Source of the DNA: an uncultured Planctomycetia bacterium
GTDB lineage: Bacteria > Omnitrophota > Gorgyraeia > 2-02-FULL-51-18
NCBI GenBank assembly: GCA_964373505.1
Contig: CAYJVC010000002.1
Location: forward strand, 12,352 to 76,351
Length of the DNA stretch: 64,000 nucleotides
Reading direction: 5' to 3'
The notes below the pieces were generated by a model. It was not told where the DNA came from. It made no database searches and saw only the letters and a list, made by a program, of their open reading frames with translations. Positions 35,638-45,714 of this stretch are shown here, one piece after another (position 1 is the stretch's first letter; each line of letters starts with the position of its first letter). Both the position numbers and the translations under genes were made by a program.

Positions 35638-37044
35638 TTACTTCCCTATGCAAAACTGACTAAAAAGAGCCTCCAGGACGTCGTCGGTCACCGCCTCCCC
35701 CACGAGCGCCCCGAATCGGTCAAGCGCCAGACGCACATCCACCGCAATGAGCTCCGGCGAAGCATGGCCCCGGCAGGATGTCCGGGCATCTTGAATGTTT
35801 TGGAGCGCTTGGGATAAAAGCTCCTTCTGGCGCACGGAATTGACAAGAGGCACATCGGAAATTTGGCTTTTACCACGACTTATAAATCTGAATATTGATT
35901 CTTCCAACAGGCCCAGGCCGCCTTTTTTGACGCAGGAACAGCGGATAATCTCAGACTCGGGAAGTTTCTTTTGAAGCAAATTCAAGTCTAATTTCTCCGG
36001 CAAGTCCGTCTTATTGACCGCGACAATGCGCGCTTTCTGTGAAAATGAGCTTAGTAGCGCCTCTTCCTCTCCCTCGAGAGGTTGGCTGCCGTCCATGACA
36101 TAGATGACAAACCCGGCATCCTCAGCGGCCCTGCGCGCTCGTTCGACTCCCTCATTTTCTATGGGGTTTGAGGTTTCCTGGATCCCGGCCGTATCCATGA
36201 GCCGTAATGGAATGCCGCGGACCTGGATCTCCTCCTCGACGACGTCGCGCGTCGTGCCGGGGAAGGGCGTAACGATCGCGCGGTTTGCGCGCGCAAGCTC
36301 GTTTAGGATGCTGGATTTTCCGACATTCGGGCGCCCCACCAGCGCCACTCGGACGCCTTTTTTGATCACGATCGCGAACTCCGCGTTTCGCAGAACGGCC
36401 TCGAGGTCCGCCGCCACACCCCCCAGTTGCGCTTCCATCCGGGCCGGGGAGTCCGTCTCGGGAAAATCATCGGGAAAATCGATCGAGGCCTCCAGGTGGC
36501 TCAAGAGCCCGACAAGTTCTTTTTTAAACGTATCAATTTTCAATGACAACCCGCGCTTCAACCCCTCCGAGGCCCATTCGCGCGTCCGGTCCGTTTTGGC
36601 CTGCACGAGGTCCAGCACAGCCTCCGCCTGCAAAAGATCGATGCGTCCGTTCAGAAAAGCGCGTTTGGTGAATTCGCCCTTCTCGGCAAGCCTCGCCCCG
36701 TTTACGACCACGAGGTCCAAAATGGCCCTAAGCACCTCGCTTCCGCCGTGCGCGCTGATCTCCACCACATCTTCACGGGTGTAGCTTTTGGGTGCGCGCA
36801 TGACGAGAACCAACGCTTCGTCTATGATATTTTCTTGGCTCTGGGGCCGTTTCGCGACGATGTGGCCAACCTGGGCTGTGAAGCTCTTCTGATGTCTGAC
36901 ACTTCGGCCGCTTTTCGGCATGAAGATCCTGTCGGCGATCGGGATCGCTTCCCGGCCGCTCAACCGTATCACGCCTAAACCGCCTTCGCCCAGCGGCGTC
37001 GAGATCGCCGCGATCGTGTCGTCCGGAAAATGCCTAATGGCCAT
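35638..37044 (-). CDS. mnmE: tRNA modification GTPase MnmE (TrmE)
   Basis: 468 aa; N-terminal THF-binding domain, G-domain (GRPNVGKSS, DTAG), C-terminal CIGK motif. Confidence 0.9.
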   Translation of the reverse strand: MAIRHFPDDTIAAISTPLGEGGLGVIRLSGREAIPIADRIFMPKSGRSVRHQKSFTAQVGHIVAKRPQSQENIIDEALVLVMRAPKSYTREDVVEISAHGGSEVLRAILDLVVVNGARLAEKGEFTKRAFLNGRIDLLQAEAVLDLVQAKTDRTREWASEGLKRGLSLKIDTFKKELVGLLSHLEASIDFPDDFPETDSPARMEAQLGGVAADLEAVLRNAEFAIVIKKGVRVALVGRPNVGKSSILNELARANRAIVTPFPGTTRDVVEEEIQVRGIPLRLMDTAGIQETSNPIENEGVERARRAAEDAGFVIYVMDGSQPLEGEEEALLSSFSQKARIVAVNKTDLPEKLDLNLLQKKLPESEIIRCSCVKKGGLGLLEESIFRFISRGKSQISDVPLVNSVRQKELLSQALQNIQDARTSCRGHASPELIAVDVRLALDRFGALVGEAVTDDVLEALFSQFCIGK

Positions 37045-38347
37045 GGCGTGATTTGATATCCCCCAAAAGAAAAAGCGAGCCGGTCACCACGACCAGGTCC
37101 TGCGGCGCGGCCGCCGATACGGCCTTCTGGAACGCGGTCCAGGGTTCCTTCTCAACGACTACTTCTCCGAAAAGACCCTCGGCTTTTTCTGCGATAAGGC
37201 CGGCTTCCATCGCGCGCGGACTTGACGACCTCGTGGCAAAAAGTGACGCCGTCTTGGATGACAACGCTCTTAAAATCCCGTCTATGTCCTTGTCCGTAGA
37301 TACACCCAGTACCCAAAGGAGCCTTGCAACGTGAAAATGGCGCTCGATCGCTTCCTGGAGCCTCTGGGCGCTGTCCGCGTTGTGCGCAGCGTCCAGGATT
37401 ATCTTCGGGGCGTCGGATATTTTTTCGAGCCTCCCGGGCCAGCGCGTGTCGAGGATCCCCTGACGGACCGCGGCGCCCGAAACCTTGATCCGGGTTTTTG
37501 CTTCCAGGCCTTTGGCCAAACCGACGGCCAGCGCCGCATTCTCAATCTGATGCCTCCCGAGAAGGCCGAGCCTCAGATCAAAATAATTCCCGAACGGCGC
37601 GCGGATGTCGAACGTTTGAAAATCCTCTCCGACCTCTCTTTCAACAAAACGGATCTCTTTCCCAACACGCAAAAGCGAAGCTTCCCTTTCCTCGACGGCT
37701 TTCTTTATGACCGCTTCCGCTTCTGCCGTCTGCGGCGCCGAGACCACATTTTCGCGCCCTTTGATGATCCCGCATTTTTGCACTGCGATCTTCGAAACGG
37801 TCTTTCCGAGCTTATCCGTATGTTCGAGGCTGATGGGCGCGATCCCGGCGACTTTCGCTTCCGCAATGTTCGTCGAGTCGTACAAACCGCCTAGCCCCAC
37901 CTCCAGCACCGCCACGTGGACTTTCATTTCCTTAAAATAACAAAATGCGGCCGCAGTCAGGAATTCGAAATAAGTAGGCGGATTCTTGCGCCACGAGTGA
38001 CTGTCCAGAATATTTTTTAAGGCGCTTACGATATCCGAAAACTTTCGCTCGCCGATCCAAAGACCGTTCACGCGGATCCGCTCTCTGGGGTCCGTTAAAT
38101 GCGGCGAGGTGTAAAGCCCGACCTTCAGGTTCTCCATGCGCAGGATCGAGCTTAGGATCGCGGCCGTCGACCCCTTGCCTTTGGAGCCTGCGATCAGGAC
38201 CGTCTCGAACGCTTTTTGCGGATTGCCGCAGTCTTTCGCAAGCGCGCGCATGCGCTCGAGCTTGAACGCCTCGGGGTATTCCCAGGAGCGGGTCCTTTCA
38301 TAGTTTACAAACGAATCGACGTATTGAAGCGCCCCTTCGATGTTCAT
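37034..38347 (-). CDS. folC: Bifunctional folylpolyglutamate synthase / dihydrofolate synthase
   Basis: 437 aa Mur-ligase fold with P-loop GSKGKGST and FolC N-terminal region SPHL; overlaps mnmE by 11 nt. Confidence 0.85.
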   Translation of the reverse strand: MNIEGALQYVDSFVNYERTRSWEYPEAFKLERMRALAKDCGNPQKAFETVLIAGSKGKGSTAAILSSILRMENLKVGLYTSPHLTDPRERIRVNGLWIGERKFSDIVSALKNILDSHSWRKNPPTYFEFLTAAAFCYFKEMKVHVAVLEVGLGGLYDSTNIAEAKVAGIAPISLEHTDKLGKTVSKIAVQKCGIIKGRENVVSAPQTAEAEAVIKKAVEEREASLLRVGKEIRFVEREVGEDFQTFDIRAPFGNYFDLRLGLLGRHQIENAALAVGLAKGLEAKTRIKVSGAAVRQGILDTRWPGRLEKISDAPKIILDAAHNADSAQRLQEAIERHFHVARLLWVLGVSTDKDIDGILRALSSKTASLFATRSSSPRAMEAGLIAEKAEGLFGEVVVEKEPWTAFQKAVSAAAPQDLVVVTGSLFLLGDIKSRHGH

Positions 38348-38362
38348 AGGTGAAGCGCTTTC

Positions 38363-39667
38363 CTACTGAGCTACGTAAGAAGCGCTCTCTGCTTTTTTAA
38401 GCTCGAGACTGGCGATAAAACGACGGGTGGCCTCCCTGTTGGTGCCGTCCTTGGGCGGAATAAGGCGGGCATAAGCGCTGAGCGCTTGAATGGCTTCATT
38501 GAATTTGCCTTCGTTTTCCAGCGCGATCGCTAAATTGTAATGCGCCTCGGCATTGGCAGTATCGGAATTTATCGCGCTTCGGTAATGCGCTACGGCCCCT
38601 TTCAGATCACCGCGGCTGTACAGGATAGTGCCAAGATTGTTGTGCGCCCGGGAGTGGGAGGGATCGAGGCGCAGCACTTCTTGGTATTCCCTCTCGGCCT
38701 TGTCCCGGTTTTTATTATCACTGTAAGAAAGTGCTCTTTGGTAATGGCTCTGGATGTTTTTTTTGGTCTCAAGAGCCTGGCGCTCAAGGGCCTTTCTGCC
38801 TTCCTCTTTCTGCCGCATGCGGCGGGCTTCTTCGGCCTTGCGGCGCTCTTGGGCCTCGCGAAGGTCCTTGAGGCGCTTGGCCTCTTTGGCAGCTTTGCGA
38901 GCTTCCTCGGCTTTTTTGGCCGCTTCGGCCTTTTTCCGCTCCTCAAGCGCTTTCCGCTCCTGGGCCTTCAGATCCGTGGCTTTGCGAGCTTCCTCGGCTT
39001 TTTTGGCCGCCTCTGTTTTTTTTAGCTCGTCCGCTTTCTTTTTTTCCTCGAGCGCCTTTTGCTCTTTTGTTTTTCGGATTTTTTCAGCGTTCCGGGCTTC
39101 TTCGGCTTTCCTCAAGGCGGCTTCCTGCGCTTTTTTCTTTCCTTGCTCCTCTTTTTGTGCCTTTTGCGTATTGTTAGGGACGGGCGCCTTGCCCTCGGCC
39201 AGCTTCAATCCTTCCTTAGCCGCCGATAAAGCCGGGTCGATCTTCAGCGCTTCCCGGTATTCGCGAACCGCGCCGCTCCATTCGCTCTGTGCGTAAAGTA
39301 CGTTGCCGAGGTTGTAGTGGGCGATGGCGAGTTTCCGGTTTATCCGGAGAGCTTGCTCGTAGGACTTGGTCGCTTCATCGAGTATGCCGCTTTCAAAGTA
39401 TGCGGTGCCGAGGTTATTGTGGAAATCCGCGTCGTTGGATTTCAAACGGATCGCCTCCTTGTAAGCCTGGATGGCCTCAAGCGAAAAACCCCGGGCGTAA
39501 AAAGCATTGCCCAGGTTGTAATGCGCTTCGGCGCTGGCGGGCGATCTCGAAACCGCCTCCTTGGCTTTTGCCAGCGGATCCGCTTCCGCCGCCTGAGCCG
39601 AGGGGCCCGCTGCGAGCCAAACGCATGCACATACCAAGAGGCCGATCGATCTTCTCATCGCGACCAT
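38363..39667 (-). CDS. Secreted TPR-repeat protein with central K/E/A-rich coiled-coil repeat region
   Basis: ORF-track ORF extends to 39805; the likely start is near 39667/39658 (MRRSIGLLVCACVWLAAGPSAQA signal peptide). TPR units flank about 130 aa of KAEEARK-type low-complexity repeats encoded by imperfect DNA tandem repeats. Confidence 0.55.
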   Translation of the reverse strand: MVAMRRSIGLLVCACVWLAAGPSAQAAEADPLAKAKEAVSRSPASAEAHYNLGNAFYARGFSLEAIQAYKEAIRLKSNDADFHNNLGTAYFESGILDEATKSYEQALRINRKLAIAHYNLGNVLYAQSEWSGAVREYREALKIDPALSAAKEGLKLAEGKAPVPNNTQKAQKEEQGKKKAQEAALRKAEEARNAEKIRKTKEQKALEEKKKADELKKTEAAKKAEEARKATDLKAQERKALEERKKAEAAKKAEEARKAAKEAKRLKDLREAQERRKAEEARRMRQKEEGRKALERQALETKKNIQSHYQRALSYSDNKNRDKAEREYQEVLRLDPSHSRAHNNLGTILYSRGDLKGAVAHYRSAINSDTANAEAHYNLAIALENEGKFNEAIQALSAYARLIPPKDGTNREATRRFIASLELKKAESASYVAQ

Positions 39668-39671
39668 TATA

Positions 39672-40412
39672 TCATCCCACCACGACGTATTGTGACTTGC
39701 CGGGGTTTCGCCTTTCACGCACGTATTGGATCGCGTTTTCCGCATAGCGCGCGATGTCCGTGCCGGGATTTTCATCCACGATCCTTTGAAATTCCCGGTA
39801 GGCACTCTGGTATTGGCCCGAATAAGCGTAAGCAGTGCCGAGCTCGTACCGCGCCTGGCTATCTTCCGGAGCCAATTCCAAGAAGGAACTCAGTTCCAGA
39901 ACCGCTTTTTTGTATTCTTTGGTGTACTCCATGTAGACCATCGCCAAGAACGAGGACCCTTGTTTCAGGCTTTCCTTCCGGGCCTCCCCCGTCAGGTGCC
40001 GGGCCGACAGGTCTTTGAAGCGCTTTAGATCCGCCACCGCTGTTTCAGTCTCGCCGTTCCGATAACGGGCGCGGCCCAAATAAAAATAAGGCAGCGGCTC
40101 CTCACCGGCTTTTTCTGCCGCCCGCTCATAAATCTTTATGGCTTTGTCAAACTTGCGTCGCTTTTCCAAGCACTCGCCGAGCAAAAGACGAGAAAGGACG
40201 TCTTCCGGATCTGCAAGGATACGCTTTTTACAATAAAGGGTCGCCCGGGCCACGTCGTCGTCCTCCAAAGCTTCCCTGATCTCGTAAATGCCGACGAGCG
40301 GAGTGTTACGAATCTGGATCTGCTCGACCGTCCACAGGGCCCCGAACGACGCCACGGCCAGCAGCGCGCCCGAGCCGAGGCCCTTGAGGATCCAGCGTTT
40401 GGAAAAGATCAA
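39672..40412 (-). CDS. TPR-repeat protein with N-terminal membrane anchor
   Basis: 246 aa; N-terminal hydrophobic segment then TPR-like repeats (YFYLGRARYRNGE, YELGTAYAYSGQY). Confidence 0.6.
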   Translation of the reverse strand: MIFSKRWILKGLGSGALLAVASFGALWTVEQIQIRNTPLVGIYEIREALEDDDVARATLYCKKRILADPEDVLSRLLLGECLEKRRKFDKAIKIYERAAEKAGEEPLPYFYLGRARYRNGETETAVADLKRFKDLSARHLTGEARKESLKQGSSFLAMVYMEYTKEYKKAVLELSSFLELAPEDSQARYELGTAYAYSGQYQSAYREFQRIVDENPGTDIARYAENAIQYVRERRNPGKSQYVVVG

Positions 40413-41983
40413 TGTTTGAAGTGCCTTATCCCGGTGAACACCATGCTGATATTGGCTTTGTTGCAGGCCCTGATCACCTGCTCATCTTGGATCGACCCGC
40501 CCGGTTGGATGATCGCCCGAATGCCGTACCGCTTCGCAAGCCTGATGGAGTCAGGTTTCGGAAAAAATCCGTCGGACGCCAGCACCGCGCCGCGCGCGCG
40601 GGAGCCGGCTTTCTTGAGCGCGGCTTGGCAGGCGTCGACGCGTGAAGGCTGACCCATGCCGAGCCCGAGCGTCCGGCCGTTTTGGGCGACAACGATCGCG
40701 TTGGATTTCACGTAGCGGCACACCTTAAATGCGAAGAGGAGGTCCCGGATCTGGGATCCTTTCGGTGCAAGCTTCGTCACACACTTGAGCGAGGACGCGG
40801 GCGGGTCTTTCAAATCCCTCTCCTGCAGCAAGAGCCCGCCCCTGATTTTCTTGAAATCCAAAATTTCTTTCCGGCTTTCTTTCGAGACCGACAGGAGCCT
40901 TAAATTTTTCTTTTGCTTAAGCACCTTCAACGCTTCGAGCGTAAAACCTTTGGCGGCGATGCACTCTATGAAACCGCCCTTCAAAATTTCATGCGCGGTG
41001 CCGCCGTTCACGACCGTGTTGAACCCGACGATCGACCCGAACGCGGACAGGGGATCACAAAGGGTGGCGCTTTTGAATGCGGCGGCAGCGTCCTTTGCGA
41101 CCGCGAAACCGCAGGGGCTTGTGTGTTTGATGATCGAACAAGCCGGCTCCCTGAACGCCTCCGCCATTTCGAGCGCGGCATCCAGGTCCAGAATATTGTT
41201 GAATGACAATTCCTTCCCGTGAAGCTGTTTTGCCTCCACGATCCCGCACTCTTTCGCCCCCTTTTCGCGATAGAGCGCTCCCGTCTGATGGGGATTTTCC
41301 CCGTACCGCAGGTCCTGCACCTTTTCAAAATCAAGCGTCAAACGTTCGGACAGCGTGTCCTTTTGCGTCGTTTTTCTCTCAAGATAACGCGCGATGAGAC
41401 CATCGTAGTAGGAAGTGAGCCTAAACACCCGGGCCGCCAGCCGTCTTCGCGTCGACTCGCTCAAATGGCCGCCGGTTTCGCTCATCTCCCTCATGACCGG
41501 ACCGTAATCGGAAGGGTCCGACACGGCCGCGACGAAGTTAAAATTCTTTGAAGCGCTGCGCAGCATCGCCGGGCCGCCGATATCGATCATTTCAATGATC
41601 TGACGCTCTTCAGTTTTCTCCCTTACGGCATCCCAAAAGGGATAAAGGTTGACGACCAAAAGATCGATCGGCCGGATCCGGTGCTTTTTAAGCGTCATCA
41701 AATGCCGCGGGTCATCGCGCAGCGCGAGGAGCCCTGCATGGATCTTCGGGTGCAGAGTCTTCACGCGTCCGTCCAGCATCTGGGGGAACTTCGTGAGGCC
41801 GGAAATTTCCCGGACCGGCACGCCGGATCTTTTCAAAAGCTCCGCCGTACCGCCTGTGGAAATGATCTCGACCCCCCTCGAGTGCAAAAACTTTGCAAAA
41901 TGTGCAACGCCTTTTTTATTGTAAACGCTGACAAGCGCTCTCCGGACCTGATTCACCGCGATCTCCTCTCCTCGTGCGTGCAA
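40409..41983 (-). CDS. purH: Bifunctional AICAR transformylase / IMP cyclohydrolase
   Basis: 524 aa; N-terminal MGS-like IMPCH domain (ALVSVYNKKG...ISTGGTA) and C-terminal AICARFT domain. Confidence 0.9.
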   Translation of the reverse strand: MHARGEEIAVNQVRRALVSVYNKKGVAHFAKFLHSRGVEIISTGGTAELLKRSGVPVREISGLTKFPQMLDGRVKTLHPKIHAGLLALRDDPRHLMTLKKHRIRPIDLLVVNLYPFWDAVREKTEERQIIEMIDIGGPAMLRSASKNFNFVAAVSDPSDYGPVMREMSETGGHLSESTRRRLAARVFRLTSYYDGLIARYLERKTTQKDTLSERLTLDFEKVQDLRYGENPHQTGALYREKGAKECGIVEAKQLHGKELSFNNILDLDAALEMAEAFREPACSIIKHTSPCGFAVAKDAAAAFKSATLCDPLSAFGSIVGFNTVVNGGTAHEILKGGFIECIAAKGFTLEALKVLKQKKNLRLLSVSKESRKEILDFKKIRGGLLLQERDLKDPPASSLKCVTKLAPKGSQIRDLLFAFKVCRYVKSNAIVVAQNGRTLGLGMGQPSRVDACQAALKKAGSRARGAVLASDGFFPKPDSIRLAKRYGIRAIIQPGGSIQDEQVIRACNKANISMVFTGIRHFKH

Positions 41984-42849
41984 TTTCTGAAACCGTTTAA
42001 AATTTTTCTCGTCACGGGCCCCGGAACGCCGCTTCCGATCCTTCGCCTGTCAAAGGCCACCACCGGCAGCACCTCCGAAGAAGTATTGGTGATGAAGCAT
42101 TCTTCGGCCGAATACACCTCGTGGCGCGTCAGGGGCCTCTCGACCACCTGGAAGCCCAGACGCCTGGCCAGATCCATCACAACTTCACGCGTGACCCCCC
42201 TTAAAATACCGGAACCGGCCGGAGGTGTCAAAACTGTTTTCGCCCCGCCTCTGCGCGCAGGGGCGGGGTTCACTACGAATAAATTGGAGACGGTGCCTTC
42301 CGCCACGCATTGGTCCTGGCCCAAAAAGATGATCTCGGGCGGCAGCGGTCGGGAGGAGTCCAGGCACGCCAGCACGCCGCTTAGGTACTGCGAAGACTTT
42401 ATCTGTGGATCCTGCGCCCTGAGCGTCCAGCGGCGGTGGACGGCGGTCTTCAGCTCCACTCCCTTCTCGTAAATCCCCCGGGGGTACGAAACAAAGGACC
42501 TGACGATCGCGACAACCACCCCTTCACGTCGCCCTTGCCCATGGACCGATATTCTTAAAAGCGCATCCTTAAAACCGCTCTCACGAAGTGCTGTTTCGAT
42601 CCACCGTGCCATGTCTTTTTTAAAAAATGGAAGCGGCCGGCCCAAGGCGTCGCAGGACTCCCACAACCGGTCCACATGCTCCCGCAGGCGGAAAATGCGG
42701 CCGCCGTAGGCCCTTAAGGTTTCGAAACAGGACAGCTCGTCCAGGTGCGAAAGATCAAGGCCTTCGGCACCGGTCGAAGAACCGGTTCGTGGGTTCTTCG
42801 CCGAAAATAGCCTTGAAAAGGGCCGCTGCTTTATAAAGGGTCTCATCAT
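41953..42849 (-). CDS. pabC: Class IV aminotransferase fold, probable aminodeoxychorismate lyase
   Basis: Fold-type IV PLP enzyme (FETLRAYGGRIFRLREHVDRL, EGTVSNLFVV) directly downstream of pabB. The annotated N-terminus overlaps pabB by 95 nt so the true start is probably internal or non-ATG. Confidence 0.55.
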   Translation of the reverse strand: MMRPFIKQRPFSRLFSAKNPRTGSSTGAEGLDLSHLDELSCFETLRAYGGRIFRLREHVDRLWESCDALGRPLPFFKKDMARWIETALRESGFKDALLRISVHGQGRREGVVVAIVRSFVSYPRGIYEKGVELKTAVHRRWTLRAQDPQIKSSQYLSGVLACLDSSRPLPPEIIFLGQDQCVAEGTVSNLFVVNPAPARRGGAKTVLTPPAGSGILRGVTREVVMDLARRLGFQVVERPLTRHEVYSAEECFITNTSSEVLPVVAFDRRRIGSGVPGPVTRKILNGFRNCTHEERRSR

Positions 42850-44272
42850 ATTCTCTCCCAGGCACCGAATCCGCCACGATCCCCGCGCCCACTTGCAAGG
42901 TCGCTTCCCCGTCTTTTATCACAAGACTGCGGATAATGATATTAAGATCCAACTGCCCGTTAAAGCCCAGGTATCCGAGCGAGCCTGCGTACGGCCCGCG
43001 CGCGACAGGCTCGATTTCATCGAGGATCTCCATGCACCTCACCTTAGGCGCACCCGTGATCGTGCCGCCTGGGAAAAATGCCTTCAGGACGTCCAGCGCT
43101 CCGAGTTTCGCGCGAAGCCTGCCGCGCACGTTCGAAACGATGTGCTTGACGTGCGAATAATCCTCGATCACCATAAGCTCATTTGCGCGCACGCTGCCGT
43201 ATTCGGCGACGCGCCCCATGTCATTGCGCTCGAGGTCCACGAGCATGATATGCTCGGCCCTTTCCTTTTCGTCGAGGGCCAAGTCCCGCGACAACGCCAA
43301 GTCCTCCGAAATATTCTTTCCCCTTGAGCGAGTGCCGGCGATCGGGCGGGTTTCGATCACGCCGTTTTCCAGTTTGATGAGCCGTTCGGGAGAACCCGAG
43401 ACGATCTGGAACCGCCGAGCGTCCAAAAATCCGAAGAACGGCGACGGGTTGATCGCCCGGAGCTTCTCGTAGATACTGAAAGCCGGCTCATGCACGGCGA
43501 AGCGGAAACGCTGCGACAAATTGGCCTGGTAGATCTCGCCGCCGCGGATGTACCGCTTGATCCTCCCGACTTTCTCGATGAAATCGCGGCGGTTGAGATC
43601 CGACCGGATTCCGAGGCCGCGGCTTGCCTGGGGCGGCGTCCGGTGAACGGCGCGGCGCGCCCCGCCACGGACGGCCTCGTAAAAACGCTTTTCGAACTCT
43701 CCGAGCTTCACGAGGCCCGATCCGTAACTCTTCTTAAGATCCCGGCCGACGAGCACATTCGAAAAAAGGGTGATGTTTTTCTCCCGATGGTCCACCACCA
43801 CGCCCTCATCGAAAAATAAAAGATAGATGTCCGGCAGTCCCAGATCGTCCTTCGCGCGCTGCGGGAGGTGCGGCTCAACCAGGTTTTTCACTTCATAGCC
43901 GAAATAACCGATGGCTCCTCCGGTGAACCGTGAAAAAACGCCGTGTGCCTCCGACGAAAAACGGCCGAGCAGTTTCTCCAATTCCGCCAGCGGATCGCCT
44001 TCGAAGGATTCGGACGCGCCGTAACGGGTCAATGTCACCCGCCGGCCTTTGGACTCAAAGATGAGAAATGGGTCTCCGGCGATGATCGAGGTGCGGCCGG
44101 TAGAAGGCGCCAGGCGCGCGCTTTCAAGCAGAACGCTTGGAGAAAGAGGGTTTGCAAAACGGCGGTAGATCTCAACCGGCTCGGCAGTGAAACGAATCTT
44201 CTTTATGAAGGGGAAGTACGAGCCGAGCTTCGCGGAAGCTTTGAATGCAGCCAAGGAGGAGGAGCCGGACAC
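42755..44272 (-). CDS. pabB: Aminodeoxychorismate synthase component I (TrpE/PabB family)
   Basis: 505 aa chorismate-binding enzyme (LVDLERNDMGRV, GAPKVRCMEILDEIE, PYAGSLGYL); assignment to PabB rather than TrpE rests on the adjacent class IV lyase. Confidence 0.7.
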   Translation of the reverse strand: MSGSSSLAAFKASAKLGSYFPFIKKIRFTAEPVEIYRRFANPLSPSVLLESARLAPSTGRTSIIAGDPFLIFESKGRRVTLTRYGASESFEGDPLAELEKLLGRFSSEAHGVFSRFTGGAIGYFGYEVKNLVEPHLPQRAKDDLGLPDIYLLFFDEGVVVDHREKNITLFSNVLVGRDLKKSYGSGLVKLGEFEKRFYEAVRGGARRAVHRTPPQASRGLGIRSDLNRRDFIEKVGRIKRYIRGGEIYQANLSQRFRFAVHEPAFSIYEKLRAINPSPFFGFLDARRFQIVSGSPERLIKLENGVIETRPIAGTRSRGKNISEDLALSRDLALDEKERAEHIMLVDLERNDMGRVAEYGSVRANELMVIEDYSHVKHIVSNVRGRLRAKLGALDVLKAFFPGGTITGAPKVRCMEILDEIEPVARGPYAGSLGYLGFNGQLDLNIIIRSLVIKDGEATLQVGAGIVADSVPGREYDETLYKAAALFKAIFGEEPTNRFFDRCRRP

Positions 44273-44868
44273 TAACTGAGAAAACCCATCTTCTGTTTTT
44301 TTAAACGGATCTGGAGCTTCAGATCCTGGATCTCATCCTCGAGGGGCCTTATTTTCTCGGAAAGGATCAGGATTTGTTCTTCCCACTTTTTTTTGTCGGC
44401 CTGGCTGAAACTGATGCCCTGGCCCTCTTTCAACACTTTCTGGATGTCCGAAAGCGTCTTCCGGTAGCCCCCTAATTTCACGGCCTTCTCGGCTAACTGG
44501 ACCTCGGCGGCCTCACAGTCGGCCTTGAGTCGCTCGCGATTGGCGTCGATGGCGGCCTGGTACTTTTCCATCTTCAGATTCTGCGCCTTCGCGGTTGCGT
44601 CGTACTCCTGGCGGAGCTTGCTTACTTGCGCATCCAGGAGCTTCTTCCTCTGCAGCAGATCCTCTTTGATGAGCTGCACCTGCGAACGCGCCTGGTCGCG
44701 CTGCAACACCATCTGTTTGAAAACGGGGTCTTCCTTGGTCAGCCGGTCCAGCTCTTCCGGAGAAGTGCTGCTGCAACCGGCTAAAACGATCGGAAAAAAG
44801 AACGCGAGCAAAAATCGTTTACTCATAGGAGTGACTATAACACAAAAGGCGTGGAAAATAAATTCCAC
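44272..44868 (-). CDS. Coiled-coil lipoprotein, function unknown
   Basis: Probable start at the internal MSKRFLLAFFFPIVLAGCSS (lipobox LAGC); the remainder is predicted coiled coil rich in Q/K/E. Confidence 0.45.
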   Translation of the reverse strand: MEFIFHAFCVIVTPMSKRFLLAFFFPIVLAGCSSTSPEELDRLTKEDPVFKQMVLQRDQARSQVQLIKEDLLQRKKLLDAQVSKLRQEYDATAKAQNLKMEKYQAAIDANRERLKADCEAAEVQLAEKAVKLGGYRKTLSDIQKVLKEGQGISFSQADKKKWEEQILILSEKIRPLEDEIQDLKLQIRLKKQKMGFLS

Positions 44869-44896
44869 GCCTTTTGCTCAAGCTATGTAAAACGGG

Positions 44897-45574
44897 CTAT
44901 TTCTTGGCTTTAAAACTGTCCAAGAGTTGATTGACTTGTCTGGACGCCAGATCCTTGCAGCCAAGCCCTATCGCCAACCCGATCCCCAACGAAAGCGCAA
45001 AGATCACGCCTTTCAGCATAAGGTCGACGAGCGTTGTGTCGATCCCCAGCTGCTTCAAAGCCTCCACAAACACCAGAATGGCAATGGTGACCTGTGTGGC
45101 CTGCCCGAGGGACCTGGCTTGTTTAATACCGGCATTGGCGGCCGTCGTACGGACCGTGTTCGCGACGATCGTCGAGAAGAAGATACCGAGCACCAGGATG
45201 AACACGCTGGCGATCACATTCGGCACATACAGCACGACCTTGTTCAAGAGATCGGCCGCGACCGTAAGCTGCAGCGCATTCAAAGCGGACAAAACGACCA
45301 CGAGCGTCAGAAGCCAGTAGATCAGCACGCCTACGATCTCCGAAAGCGTATAATTGATATCGCCTTTCGTAAGCACGTTCGCGATCCCCGTCTTTTCACT
45401 CACGGTATCCAGTCTGGCCAGTTTTAAAAAGCGAGTGACTATCTTCTGAATGGCGGCTGCCAAAAAGCACCCCACCAGCAGGATAACCAGCGCACCAATG
45501 AAGTTCGGGAGAAAAGCAACCACCCGACGCCCCATTTCTTCAAATGGACCAACCACCGTTGTTTGGAAATCCAC
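44897..45574 (-). CDS. Integral membrane protein (TM-helix repeat family)
   Basis: 225 aa with repeated hydrophobic helices separated by short polar loops; GTG start with AAAGGGGGA SD. Confidence 0.45.
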   Translation of the reverse strand: MDFQTTVVGPFEEMGRRVVAFLPNFIGALVILLVGCFLAAAIQKIVTRFLKLARLDTVSEKTGIANVLTKGDINYTLSEIVGVLIYWLLTLVVVLSALNALQLTVAADLLNKVVLYVPNVIASVFILVLGIFFSTIVANTVRTTAANAGIKQARSLGQATQVTIAILVFVEALKQLGIDTTLVDLMLKGVIFALSLGIGLAIGLGCKDLASRQVNQLLDSFKAKK

Positions 45575-45714
45575 CCGCGTCCCCCTTTCAGCTATTAAAA
45601 AGATAGCTTATGAAATTACTACATTTAGTGAGGATAGACTATCAAGAATGCCTAGTTCTGTCAAGTTCTTAGTATTCACTAACAATTATTATGTTAGGTG
45701 AACAAATAGCTCAA

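Noticed and set aside
38760-39140. Possible frameshifted or fused gene in the KAEEARK repeat region
   Set aside because: The frame stays open through imperfect DNA tandem repeats with flanking TPR units on both sides; interpreted as a genuine low-complexity coiled-coil linker rather than an assembly or frameshift artefact.
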